Source: Eledone cirrhosa (lineage: Eukaryota). Taken from it: a stretch of 64,000 nt of DNA. Positions within the stretch are counted from its first letter, which is position 1; each line of letters begins with the position of its first letter. The notes below the pieces were generated by a model. That model saw only the letters and a program-made list of their open reading frames with translations, was not told where the DNA came from and made no database searches. The stretch covers positions 12,586,001-12,650,000 of the forward strand of contig OZ024752.1 of the NCBI GenBank assembly GCA_964016885.1, read 5' to 3'. Below, one piece after another: positions 28,451 through 42,125 of this stretch. The translations under genes and the position numbers were made by a program.

Positions 28451-29466
28451 GCGTTTGTATAGAGACAAATTGTTTTTTAACTACAAAGGGATGGGAAATC
28501 ATGCTTTAGCACCCTTAAATAATATTATTGAATGTATTCTTAACCTTTTAGCATTTAAACCGGCCATTCCCGGCACCCTATAATATTATTATTGAATGTA
28601 TTCTTAACCCATTCGTATTTAAACTGACCATTTCCGGCCAGAATTCTCTCCCCTCTTTCTGTTCAAATCAACTGTAACCGCCCACTCATACTGATGTTAA
28701 GGTATTGTTCTCAAAATAAATAACATCAAAATTTCATACATTCAATATTATGTGAGATAATTATGTAAGATAAAGCCTCTACCACAAAAATACAATAGTA
28801 TATATAGAGAAATGTAAATGTTATGCGAGATATTATGTAAGATAAAGCCTTTACTGTGAAAATACAATAGTATATATAGAGAAATGTAAATGCTAAAGAG
28901 TACCATCAATGTTATGTCACAATCGTGGTCGTGTCAGGTAGAAAACCCAAGCATTTTGTACATTTATTGTGTGGTTACATAAACAAAACCTTACAGGAAA
29001 ATATTTCAGTATAAACCGCATTTCTCTCTCTCTCCCTTCTCCCTTTCTCTCTCTCTCTCCCTTCTCCCTTTCTCTCTCTCTCTCCCTTCTCCCTTTCTCT
29101 CTCTCTCTCCCTTCTCCCTTTCTCTCTCTCTCTCCCTTCTCCCTTTCTCTCTCTCTCTCTTTCTACCCTCTGCCTTTCTCACTCTCTCTTTCTCTCTTCC
29201 TCTTTTCCTTTCTCTCTTCCTCTTTTCCTCTTTTCCTTCCTCTCTTCCTCTTTTCCTTCCTCTCTTCCTCCCCCCACTCTCTGTCTCTCTCTCTCCCTTC
29301 TGCCTTTCTCTCTCTCTCTCTTTCTACCATCTGTTTTTCTCACTCTCTCTTTCTCTCTTCCTCTTTTCTTTTATCTCTTTCTCTCTCTCTCCCTCCCTCG
29401 TCCATATCTCCCCCCCCCACCCGCCTTTCTCTTCCTCTTTTCCTTTCTCTCTCCTATTTCTACCAG

Positions 29467-29545
29467 AGTCTGTGATGCTGAAGGAAATATTGAAATAACT
29501 GAAGTTGGAGGTTGTCCACTACAAAGTGAGATGTTGGATTCCAGT
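29467..29545 (+). CDS. Internal exon of a gelsolin/villin/severin-family actin-binding protein
   Basis: Long pyrimidine tract and ctaccAG acceptor; GTAAG donor at 29546; 79 nt (phase 2 to 0) encoding (R)[26 protein letters not shown], matching the gelsolin-repeat pattern VSDASG.L.ITEV...PL...MLDS. Confidence 0.8.
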
Positions 29546-29613
29546 GTAAGCCCCCCTCCCCTCCTCCTTCTCCTCCGTCTTCTTCAATATCACGAGCAAG
29601 ATATTCTGTTAAT

Positions 29614-29654
29614 CAAACAATTGGAACCAATGGAGATGCATTCCGTCCCTCAAG

Positions 29655-29708
<54 letters not shown>

Positions 29709-29749
29709 CTTGAGGGACAGAATGCATCTCCATTGGTTCCAATTGTTTG
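29614..29749. repeat. Hairpin centred on a (TA)n tract, plus a smaller one at 29867-29906
   Basis: caaacaattggaaccaatggagatgcattc.gtccctcaagggta (TA)n tacccttgagggac.gaatgcatctccattggttccaattgtttg. Confidence 0.92.
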
Positions 29750-29793
29750 TATATATATATATATATACCTATATATATACCAAGGTATATTCC

Positions 29794-29850
<57 letters not shown>

Positions 29851-29990
29851 ATATATATATATATACTTTTCAAGGGTATATATATATATATATATACCCT
29901 TGAAAAGGGTTGCTGACCACACAAACCGAAACTGCTTGGCGCTGTGGTTGTGATTTTACATAGCTCTCTCTTTATATATATATATATATA

Positions 29991-31965
29991 GTTGCTGAGA
30001 TGCTGAAGGCATCTGGCACGGTGGGACACACCATGGTCACTCGCATAGTTAACCAAGTCGTACAGAATGGGGTTGTTCCGAAGGACTGGCATAGCAGCAT
30101 CATCGTTAACTGTTATAAGGGTAAAGGAGACGCCCTAGATAGGAGTAACTATAGAGGCATTAAATTAATAGACCAGGTCATGAAGGTCACGGAAAAAGTA
30201 ATAGCGCAACTAATCAGAGAGAGAATTGACCTAGATGAAATGCAGTTCGGGTTTGTGTCAGGCAAAAGTACCACAGACGCTCTTTTCATAGTACGACAAC
30301 TACAGGAGAAGTTCCTAGCTAAAGGTAAAACCCTCTACTTAGCTTTTGTCGACTTGGAGAAAGCCTTCGACAGAGTCCCCCGCTCCATTATCTGGTGGGC
30401 TCTTAGAAAACTAGGCATTGACGAATGGCTTGTGAGGGCTATACAAGCCATGTATAAAGAAACAGTCAGCAAGGTTAGAATTAACAACGAATATAGTGAA
30501 GAGTTTAGCGTAAAAGTTGGCGTCCATCAGGGCTCTGTTCTCAGCCCCCTACTATTTATTATTGCCCTTCAGGCTATAACAGAGGAGTTCAAGACAGGCT
30601 GCCCATGGGAACTCCTATACGCAGACGACCTGACACTCATAGCGGAATCAATGGCCGAGCTAGAGAAGAAATTCCAAACATGGAAGCACGGCCTAGAGTC
30701 AAAAGGACTTAAAATTAACCTGGCTAAGACCAAAGTTCTAGTTTGTAGGAAAGAAAACAAGGCGGCGGTCCCTTCTGGGAAATGGTCGTGCTCGGTGTGT
30801 AGGAAAGGCGTAGGTAGAAACTCCATTTTATGTCCTAAATGCAAAGTATGGGTGCATAAAAGATGTAGTGGGATCACAGGTAAGCTAACTAAGAACATAG
30901 ATTTTACATGTGGCCGGTGTTCTGGTGCAATAAGTAGCAGCAAGTGCCCACAAAATACTAGCTCTTTCAATTGCGCAGAGGGTTCTATAGAAATAGTGGA
31001 CAGCTTCCGTTACCTGGGCGATAAAATTAGCTGTGGGGGAGGGTGCTCTGAAAGTACTGTAGCTAGAGTCAGAACTGGTTGGAAAAAGTTCAGAGAGCTT
31101 ATACCACTATTAGCTGCTAAAGGGTTCTCCCTAAAAATGAAAGGCAGGTTGTACGATGCCTGCATACGAACAGCAATGTTGCATGGCAGTGAGACCTGGG
31201 CATTGTGTGCAGAGGATATACGCAGACTAGAGAGGAACGAAGCTTGCATGCTCCGCTGGATGTGTAACAGTAATATACGTGAACGGCAAAGCATAAACGA
31301 ACTAAGGAAAAAATTAGAGATAAGAGGGATCAGATGTTGTTTACTCGAGAGAAGGCTACGTTGGTACGGACACGTGATGCGCATGAAAGTCGATAGCTGT
31401 ATAACAAAGTGCAGGGCAATAAAGATAGATGGTAGTCACGGAATAGGCAGACCTAGAAAAACCTGGGACGAGCTGATAAACTCCGACATCACACACTTAC
31501 ACCTCTCCAAGACAATGTCACTGGACCGAGACCTTTGGCGGTACTCAGTAACAGAGAAGACCCGCCTTACCTAAATATATAGTAAAACCTACTCCAGCCA
31601 GTAGGCATCTCTAACAAAATACACCCCGTCCCACCACCCCCACCCCATCCACACCACCCCATTCTATGTAAAGTTATGTTGGTGCCGCACCATCCAGGCC
31701 GAAACAAATGAGATCGTGTAGGTGTCACGACAAAAAAACACACAGTCCACGCTGTAATGTGGCCGTGTAGGCAACACGGTAAAAACCTCCCAGACCCACA
31801 CTGTAAATGTGGTTGGTGTTAGGAAGGGCATCCAACTGTAGAAAACCTGCCAGACAGTCCTATGCGAGCAAGACAATCACTCTTGCCTCAAGTGGGCCTA
31901 CCCCCGTCCAAACCCATGCAAGCGTGGAACACGGACGTTAAACGTTGATGATGATGATGATGATG
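29991..31965 (+). mobile_element. 5'-truncated RTE LINE (second subfamily) with an uninterrupted RT ORF
   Basis: The 524-aa ORF 30000-31574 has NYRGIKL, QFGF, FVDLEKAFD, GVHQGSVLSP, LLYADD and the Cys/His finger; 3' UTR ends in (GAT)n. Confidence 0.93.
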
Positions 31966-32830
31966 ATATGGCAAAAAAGCACCCAGCCCACACTGTAAAG
32001 TGGTCGTGTAGGTGTCACGGAAAAAAAGCTCCCAGCACTCACTGTAAATGAGGTTGGTGTTAGGAAGGGCATCCAGCTGTAGAAATCAAGCCAGAATCAG
32101 TTACCGTATGAGCAAGACATGGTCAGCCGACTGGACACTGCCCACAACAGGACAACCCGTCTAACCCATGCTAGCGTGGAAGAACGGACGTAAAACGGTG
32201 ATGATGATATATATCATATATATATATAATAAATTGAAGTGATAACCAACAGGTGCATGTGTTTTTATTGGCAACATGACCCTCCCAAAGTATAGCAATA
32301 TCTGTTACAACACACATTTTCAGATAAGAAATCTTGCAAAACAAATAAAAAAACGAAGTATATATATATAGTAATAATAATAAATTTGAAGACTAAAATC
32401 CAAAGAGGGCTCGATAAGGGTAATTTATTTACATTATTCTTAACTCTGAAGCCGAGAATCATTCGGTCCTAAATAGAAGTTTAGTCTACAACTTCAGTTA
32501 TACCATTTACGTGGTTTTGTCTTTGCGTGTAATTGTTCTCACTGCTCCACATAATGACGTATTATCTTCGTTTTTTCCGTTCATTACCAGGGAACATCTC
32601 CACGAACCACCTAATAGAATATTAGTCTATGACTTCATTCATACCATGAATGTGGTTTTGTCTTTGCGTGTAATTGTTTTCACCACAACAAATAATGACG
32701 TATTATTTTCGTTTTTTTTCCGTTCTTTGCCAGGGAACGTTTCCACGAACTAAAGTATCATCTTCATGTCTTCCTTCCGTTGCAACCTTTCTCGAAATAT
32801 TTACTTCTTCGTTCACAGATTGATTCTTTT

Positions 32831-32881
32831 AGTTTCAGAAGATCCCGTTAAGGGTGAAAGCAGCGATTCTTTGCTTAAACT
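32831..32881 (+). ncRNA. Hammerhead-like motif with a CAGAAGA (U4A) core
   Basis: agttt CAGAAGA tccc-gttaa-gggt GAAA gcag...ttgc UU aaact; stems I and III pair. Confidence 0.55.
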
Positions 32882-32984
32882 TTAATCTGTTATTTTAATA
32901 AATATATATATCCGTCTAAATAAATATATATCCGTCTAACCCATGCTAGCATGGAAGAACGGACGTAAAACGGTGATGATGATG

Positions 32985-33019
<35 letters not shown>

Positions 33020-34289
33020 CCCATTTATACATATATGTATACACCATTCTAATAAATATTGCCTATATAGATAATCAAAGAGTGTGTGTATATATTTGTG
33101 TCTGTGTGTATATATATATATATAGAGAGAGAGATCTGTTGAATATGCATACCAATTCTAACACATATATGTCCTAGAAACGATCGTTAAATAATGAACT
33201 TTTTTTGTTTAATATAAGGAACTGTTTCATTGTTTTATTCATTATTTTTTTAATATTTTTTAATATTTTATATATATATATATATATTTATACACCATTC
33301 TAATAAAAATTGCCTATACAGGTAATCAAAGTGTGTAAATATTCTTTGCGGACACCCTGTATATATATATATGTGTGTGTGTGTGCGTATATATATACAC
33401 ACACACACACATATATATATATACAGGGTGTCCGCAAAGAATATTTACACACTTTGATTACCTGTATAGGCAATTTTTATTAGAATGGTGTATAAATATA
33501 TATATATATAAATATATATATATGTGTGTGCGTATATATATACACACACACATGTATATATATTTATATATATTGAAATAAATATGGGTGTAACAAAGTT
33601 TTTTCCTTGTGAAAGTTATAAAGATAAGTATTAAAAAGTGTTATAAGTATTAAAAAGCTGGTGGTTCCTGCCATAAGGAGCCTCTTGTTGGCTAGTTTTC
33701 CACTCTGTTCTTCCTATTGGTCTGACTATGAACTCACACATAATGATTTAAATATATAAATACTTATTGATTTCATCTGACAAAATTTGTTTGTTTTACA
33801 CCGATCCAGTTGTCTATGAATGATAGGCCCGTGTCACAGATGTCGACCTCAATTCTTGGACAAAAGGAACGATGACAACAATAACAACAATAGTAATAAA
33901 TGTTTCTACTTTTGGCACAAGGCCAGCAATTATCCCAGTTCATTACTGGTACTTTATTTTATCGACCCTGTAAGGATTTGAACTCGGACCGTGAAGGGAG
34001 GTAACTCTATGCTGGAAAACATGGCATCCGACCCTCTACCGTTACTGCCAATTCACCGCCCTTATAATAATAATAATAATAATAATGTTTTAATGTGTCT
34101 ACTTTTGGCACAAGGCCAGCAAATACCTCAGTGCATTACTGGTACTTTATTTTATCGAGTTTTTTCAAGTAAATAATAATAATAATAATTTCTTTATTGG
34201 CCATTAGGGCCGACACGTAGGGGACACTACAAAAAGTCAGGGACAGTGAGGGTTAACAATAAAATAGAGTAAAAACAAATTAACAAATA

Positions 34290-35508
34290 CAATCTATGGT
34301 AGAACTAGAGAATAAATTCCAAACTTGGAAGCAGGGACTAGAAAGAAAGGGTCTCAAAGTCAACATGACAAAGACTAAGGTCCTTGTAAGTAAACGAGAA
34401 AACAGAACCCAGATCCCCTCAGGGAAATGGCCTTGCTCAGTATGTAGGAAAGGTGTAGGTAGGAACTCCATTCTCTGCCCCAAATGCAAACAATGGGTAC
34501 ACAAGAGATGTAGCGGGATCTCAGGAAGCTTAATTAAGAATGTAGGCTTCACATGCAGCAGCTGTGCTGGGACAGCAAGCAGCAAACAGCCACAGGAAAC
34601 AAGTACCACCAATCTCTGGGAGGGCTCTGTAGAAACAGTAGACAGCTTCTGCTACCTAGGTGACCGAATTAGTAGCAGAGGTGGGTGTTCAGAAAGTACA
34701 ATAACTAGGGTAAGAACGGGATGGAAGAAGTTTAGGGAACGACTACCACTGCTAGCTGCAAAAGGCTTCTCCCTCAGAATGAAAGGCAGACTGTATGATG
34801 CGTGTATCCGAACAGCGATGTAGCATGGAAGTGAGACCTGGGCGCTGAAGGTGGAAGACTTACGTAGATTAGAGAGAAACGAAGCCTGCATGCTCCGATG
34901 GATGTGTAACAGTAATATACATGAACGACAAAGCATAAATGAATTGAGAGAGAGAGAGTGAGCATAAGAGGAATCAAATGCTGTGTGCAGGAGAGGCGGT
35001 TGCGTTGGTATGGACATGTGATGCGTATGAAGAATGACAGCTGCATAAAAAGGTGCAGAGCACTAGAAGTCGATGGAAACCGCGGAGTGGGGAGACCCAA
35101 GATGACCTGGGATGAGGTGATAAAAGCCGACCTTACCCAATTACACCTCTTAAAGGCAATGACACACGGCCGTGACCTCTGGCATCACGCATTAATACAG
35201 AGTACCCGACCTCCCATGGGTACAAGCTGAAGCATATAGACAATATGCCCCCACTGCAAGGTGGTCGTGGAGGTGCCACGGCAAAAAAAAAAGCACCCAG
35301 CCCACACTGTAAAGTGGACGTGTAGGCGCCACGAAAAAGCACCCAGCACTCACTGTAAATGAGGTTGGTGTTAGGAAGGGCATCCAGCTGTAGAAATCAA
35401 GCCAAATCAGTTCCTGTATGAGCAAGGCATGGTCAGCCGACCAGACACTGCCCACAACAGGACAACCCGTCTAACCCATGCTAGCGTGGAAGAACGGACG
35501 TAAAACGG

Positions 35509-35537
<29 letters not shown>
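34290..35537 (+). mobile_element. 5'-truncated copy of the RTE family at 2593-6014
   Basis: Near-identical to ~4791-6014. Confidence 0.92.
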
Positions 35538-35539
<2 letters not shown>

Positions 35540-35798
35540 TTAACAATATAAATTACAACACTAAAATTCCCCAATAAGGAGAAGAACCACCCAGGGGCAA
35601 CTCAGGTACCCCACCAATCCTGAACCACCTGAATTTCAAAGAGACCTCTCTCCTCCACAGATTAACCAGCCTACAGGCTCAAGTTCTCTGCAGGGTTCTT
35701 GCAACAGTAAACAAGTCTCACCTTAATCTGCTGGTTGTAGACAGCTGACACTTTTTATCATCCCCAGCAGAATAAAGCTGAGATTTTTAATAAAATAA

Positions 35799-36146
35799 CT
35801 AGCAGTGGTACCTGGCATTGCACGGGATAAGGTATTTTGGAACGCGGGTCGCCAACAGACCTAATCGTGGAAAAACTGCATGCCTGGACAATATGTAAAG
35901 AAAATAAACCGAATACTCTGATGGCTGGATAATCTTTAAGATTTTCCTCGATGAAGCAGGAAAAATGCAGGTTTTCACCTAATGCGGGCCCTAGGGGATC
36001 AAAAAGTTGAATTTTATGTGAATTCTATGTGCATAACACTCCCTGAAACATAAATAATACACATGTAAAGTTTGAAAAAAATCGGTTGGGTCCTTCTCGA
36101 GTTTTAGGGATTCAAACTCACAGACACACACAGTTTTATATATAGA
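35799..36146 (-). mobile_element. Non-autonomous Helitron (~350 bp)
   Basis: On the minus strand it begins TC(tatatataaa) and ends CTAG, with a subterminal GC-rich hairpin-like motif (cccgtgcaatgccagg); it sits between A and T with no TSD. Confidence 0.75.
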
Positions 36147-36364
36147 TAACAATAATGAAATTATAGTGTACAGTGCTCAGGTGCACTACAACTCATCAAA
36201 TGTGCATGTATAGTACATAGAATAATGTACAAATGTCAGGGAAGTGAATATTGTATGAGACATGATATACATGTGTGTGGGAGTATTAAGTGTAGTGATG
36301 GCGAATCTCAGGAACCATGGAGGTTTTAAAGGACGCAGTAAAATAAATAATAATAACAATGATG

Positions 36365-37080
36365 ATTTCTACTTTAGGCACAAGGCCAACAATTTGGAGA
36401 GAGGGGAAAGTCAATTAAATTGACCCCAGTACATTACTGGTAGTTTATTTTATTGACTCCATAATGATGAAAGCCAAAGTCAACCGTGGCAGGATTTGAA
36501 CTCAGACCCTGCCGAGGTTGACTTTGCCTTTCATCCTTATGGGATCGATAAAATATAGTACCAGTAATGTACTGGTGCTGATTTAATAATAATAACAATA
36601 ATTAGTTGCCCCTGGGTGTTTCTTTCCTTACTGGGGGAATTCTGTTGTTTGTATTTTTGTTTGTTATTGTTGTATTTATTTTTTTACTGTTTTTTTTTTT
36701 TTGTAAACGCCCACTGTCCCTGTCTTTTTATATTATCCTCTATATTATTCTGAGTTCAAATCCCACCATGGTTAGCTTTGCCTTTCATCCTTACGGGGGT
36801 CAATAAATAAAACACCAGTAATGCACTGGGGTCGATTTAATTGACTTTCTCCTCCTCCCAAATTGTTGATCTTGTGCCTATAGTAGAAATCATTATTGGA
36901 TTGGCAGTATCGGTAGAGGGTCGGATGCCATGCTTTCCAGCATAGCTACGTCCCTTTACGATCTGAGTTCAAATCCCGCCGAGGTTGACTTTGCCTTTCA
37001 TCCTTACGGGGTCGATAAAATAAAGTACCAGTAATGTACTGGGTAATTGCTGGCCTTGTGCCTAAAGTAGAAACAATTAT
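36365..37080. mobile_element. Cluster of SINE A copies, including a full-length copy at 36896-37080 (+) and a head-to-head pair at 36365-36575
   Basis: Repeated family consensus. Confidence 0.85.
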
Positions 37081-37964
37081 TATTGTTATATTTGGGGAGG
37101 ATCATGTTGTTCTAACATTGCCCCAAAAATAGTGAAACACACTCACTGTTTGGTTTGGTTTTCTCTTCCATGTATTTTTTATCTTTCTATCAATAATTTA
37201 GCTGGCAATCAATATTTATCATTGATTGACCAACAGTTAAAAATATAAATGTGGTTGCCGGAAGGCAGGTCACCCAACTGTAGAAACCAAGCCACATGTA
37301 TCTTACTGGTGTTAACATCTCTCTTTCCCTGTTTCCCTCTCTTCCACTTTCTTCTAGTTTCTCTGCTATCCTACTTCCATACCCCCTCTCTACCCTTTAT
37401 TCCATCCCTTGGTCTTCTATCTCCTAACTTTGGGAGATAGCAGATCTCTTTTATTAAGAGCTGCAACCTGACTATATTCTTTTGACTAAAATCTAAATTT
37501 AAAAAAATGTTTTTCCACCATTGTGCTGCGCATTTTACATGATAAGACCATTGTCTATGTACTTCTAATTGTATATTTTATATATTTATCTTTGTTTTTG
37601 TCAAAAGACATCCATAAAGATTCCTGTTCATTCTTTGTTTTGTTACTATCTCACATGCAACTTGCAAACAGAGCACTTGTCCAATATATTGAGCAAACTG
37701 GTATTATAAGAACAATACCATCTTTATGCGTGAAATTGCATGCCAGTAATGTGGCTGATGAGGTAGAGATGCAGCTGTTTGTTTGTCTTATGTAATTGTG
37801 CGCTTTTTTTGCTGCTGCTGCTGCTGCTGTCTCTCTCTCTCTATCTCTCTTTCTATATATATATAATTAAGTCCATTTACTACAATGCCACTATAAAACT
37901 ACATCCTATGGATGTAGGTTGCTCAATGCGTTGGATATTTTTACTAAATTATTACTATTATATA

Positions 37965-38293
37965 TATCATTTTTACGTCCACTTTTCCCTGCTTGCAAGG
38001 GTGGGAAGGGAACTGATTCTGGCTTGATTTCTACAGCTGGATGCCCTTCCTAACACCAACCTCATTTACAGTGAGTGCTGGGTGATTTTTTGCCGTGGCA
38101 CCTGCACGACCACTTTACAGTGGAATGATAGGGACCCCAGTCCCTATCATCTCATTTCTACAGCTGAGTAAACTGGAGTAATGTGAAATAAAGTGTCTTG
38201 CTCAAGGAAACAACACATCACCCGGACTGAGAATTGAACTCACAACCTTTCGATTGCAAGACCAATGCTCTAACCACTAAGCCATGTGCCTCC
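37965..38293 (-). mobile_element. SINE family B, full-length
   Basis: Reverse complement of 6023-6370. Confidence 0.88.
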
Positions 38294-38567
38294 ACATTAT
38301 ATATATATATAATGATGATGTTAATGACATATATACACTATACATGTGGTTGGCGTTAGGAAGGGCATGCAGCTGTAGAAATCTAGCCAGAAACAGTTCT
38401 CTATGAGCAGGACATGGTCACCTGACCCAACTTGCATCAAAAGGCTCAACCTGTCTAACCTATGCTAGTGTGGAAAGTGGACGTTAAACGGTGATAATGA
38501 TGATGATACATATATATACACAGTGTATGAAATTCACCAAATTTATCACAGTGATCTCTGACCACTA

Positions 38568-38607
<40 letters not shown>

Positions 38608-38742
38608 AAACCCTTGCTAGCATGGAATGCGAACATTAAAACAACAATATGTATACATATATATATATGGGTATGTATATATAGAGATAGAGAGGGAGGA
38701 AACTAAGAGAGAGGGAGAAAGAAGAGAGAGAGAGGAGTGAGG

Positions 38743-38799
<57 letters not shown>

Positions 38800-39599
38800 A
38801 TGGTATTCAAAATAGAAATTCTTCATATCCATAAATGATAAACATGAAAAATTCCAAACAACAGACTAACCAGCATGAAATTGAGATAATTACTTTAGAT
38901 TTATTATTTATTACTGACAATAAAAACTAAAGAAAGAAATAATTATTACTTAATGACAATTTATATGCTTGTGTGGCATGTGTTAGACTTACAATTATAA
39001 TGTCTTGGGTTCGATTCCTGGGTTGTGTGTTGTGTTCTTGAGCTAAACACTTCATTTTACATTGCTCCAGTATACCCAGCTGAAAATGAGTACCAGCAAT
39101 AGCTGGAGGTTTAACTCTGTGATGGACTGGTGTCCTGACTTGGGGGAAGTCTTGTACTCTGTCACTTCATGCCAGGAAATCTGGATAAGCACCGACCTAA
39201 CTAGCCTTCTGGCATGAGACACTTCAGTGTATACTTAGATACTTCAGGACACACTCTCATTCTTTTAGTGTTCATTGTCTTAATCAGGAGATATTCATGG
39301 TTTTATTCTCAGTGGAGGGAATCAGCCCATTGTTTTTGTTTGGAATGAGTTTTGTTTTGAAATAATTTTATGGTTCTGGTAGTGGTTTGAAAACAAAGAA
39401 GTATGGTTAATTAAAATTGTATAATAACTGCTAATTAACGTTATTTTTATAAATAGCTCAAAAGTGGAATAAATTTGTTTGCCGTGAAGAAAAAGATAAT
39501 TCTGACATTTCAGGCAGACGTTAGACATTTCTTTTTCTTCATGAGAAAGCAATTTCTTCCACTTTTAATTTATGCTGGAATTTATTGAAAGATTTACTC

Positions 39600-40264
39600 T
39601 TTACCATTTACATTACTCTATATATACTATTATATTTTCATGGTAAAGACTTTACCTCACATAACATTTACCTTACTCTCTATATATTATTGTATTTTCA
39701 CAGTAAAGACTTTACCTCACATAATACTTCGCAAAACATTTACATTACTCCCTATATATATATACTATTATATTTTCACTGCAAAGACTTTACCTCACAT
39801 AATATCTCACATAACATTTACATTACTCTATATATATACTATTATATTTTCACTAAAGACTTTACCTCACATAACATTTACATTACTCTATATATACTAT
39901 TGTATTTTCACGGTAAAGACTTTACCTCACAAAATACCTCACATAACATTTACATTACTCTATATATATATACTATTATATTTTCACGGTAAAGACTTTA
40001 CCTCACATAATATCTCACATAACATTTACATTACTCTATATATACTATTGTATTTTCACAGTAAAGGCTTTACCTCACATAACATTTACATTACTCTATA
40101 TATATACTATTATATTTTCACGGTAAAGACTTTACCTCACATAATATCGAATCTGAGATTTTCATGTTATTTATTTTGAGAACAATACCTTACAAATGAT
40201 TTTAACAGAAAGAGGTGAAAGAATTCTGGCTGGATTCAGGCAGTTTAAATGCTAAAGGGTTAAG
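39600..40264. mobile_element. piggyBac-like MITE with an expanded internal tandem array
   Basis: Reverse orientation of the 8316-8822 family; about nine 60-75-bp units; ends gctaaagggTTAA. Confidence 0.6.
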
Positions 40265-41619
40265 GTTTTTGAATTAGAAGTCTTAGTTGTGAAAAGAATA
40301 TGCTGTGAAGTGTAAATACTTTCAAATATTTCCCCTGTACACAGAAAAACATAAGAAATTATTCTTATACCTGTATTTAAACTATTATTGTCATTTTCAT
40401 GAGTGATCTCTGACTTAGACTTGATAGGTTTGATGCCAAGTGCTGCATGGCTGGAATGAAAATCAGTGCTGCAAAAACTGAGACACTCATCCTCTTAAGG
40501 AAGCTTGTGCAGTGCACTCTACATGTGAATGGAGTTCCACTGAAGTAGTTAGAGAAGTTCAAGTATCTCGGGGTGGTGTTCATGAGTGATGGAAGGCGGG
40601 AGCCTGAATTAAGTGCAAGAATTACAGGAGCTGGTGCAGTAATGTGCCAGCTTCAATATTTAGTAATCAGAAAAAGGGAGGTAGGTGTAAAAGCCAAACT
40701 TGCTATCTTCAATTCAATATTCATGCTAACCCTTACCTATAGTTATGAATGTTTGGTAATGACCAAAAGAATATGATTGCGAATACAAGCAGTGAAAATG
40801 GGATTCTTCTGAAGGGTCTTTGGAGTAACATTACTCGATAAAATGCATAGCTTGGAGATCAGAGAGTCACTCCAGGTAGAACGGCTACTTCTCTGAATTG
40901 AGAGTTCACAGCTCTGATACTATGGACATGTGGTTAGAATGTCTCAGGAAAGAATCACTGGACAGATTTTATGAGTCAAGCCTACTGGCAGGAGACCCAG
41001 AGCAAGATGATTGGATAATATCCATGAGCTTGGCTGGTCTCGCTTGGGGATTCACCTGGATCAGTTGGAGATGGTTGCTTCTGACTGGACCCACTGGAAC
41101 GAGTGTTTGAGGACTCTGCCCCCATGTCCCTCTGAAGAAGAAGAAGAAGATTGCCATTTTGCAGGTCAGATTCTGTGTCTCCCAGAACATTGCCCATCCA
41201 AAACAATGATGACATAGACTTCCCCCGAAGGCAAGTGGAAAAGAGGCTGACTGAAGAAGACATGGCAGTGGACATTCCAAAGCGATCTGCAAAACGTCAA
41301 CATCATCTGGCATGGATGTCAATGAGCTGCCACTGACCGACAGCATTGGAAACGATTGGTTGACCTATGTTTTCAACAGAACAAACCTGACTAAGCACAT
41401 TAATGAATAACTATCTCTTTGATGGTGAGGAGGGAGGGTGACATAGCTCATTTTTAGTCCTTATCAGCCTGGTGAGATCTACATGGTATATTCTACGTGG
41501 TATATATATGTTTAGTTCAAACACAGGTAGCTCAACATCCGACTGAAAATCATAGGCAAAACACAGGAGGGACGAGAGGATTTCAGAGGAGGTGTAACTG
41601 TTGGTTGTTTATGTAGGGT

Positions 41620-42125
41620 GTTTGGTGCAAGCTGCAACATATTAGCTTCCCAGGAATATAAAACAAGGCATGATATAGTGGGGCAATACTTACACTGGGT
41701 AATATACAGGTTTTCTGGTTTGAAAATGGAGGGAAAATGGTACAACCATCTCCCAGATGCAGTAACAGGAGGCGAGAACATGACAATCCTATGGGATTTC
41801 CCTTTGTATACTGACAGAACAATCAAGGCCAACAGACCCTGATATAATTGTAAAGTACTATAAAGAGAAAACATGATCGTAACATCTCCTTGAAAGAGTT
41901 TGGAAAGTTCAGTAAGTATAAGGATCTATCAATTGAAACTAAGAAAGTGTGGGGAGTCTTAAGGCCTGTACAATACCAGTGATAATCAGCGCTCTTGGAA
42001 TGATAAAAAAAAAGGAACTGAAAAATATTTTGATTGGGTACCTGGAAAGCCATCTCTGATAGAGATAGAAAAAATAGTGCTGACTGGCACTGTCCATGTC
42101 CTAAGTAGAGCATTATCAATTTAAA
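41620..42125 (+). mobile_element. R4/Dong-like LINE C-terminal fragment (restriction-like endonuclease)
   Basis: YKTRHDIVGQYLHW...ILWDFPLYTDRTIKANRPDIIV: RHD and NRPD motifs of RLE-type non-LTR elements. Confidence 0.75.
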
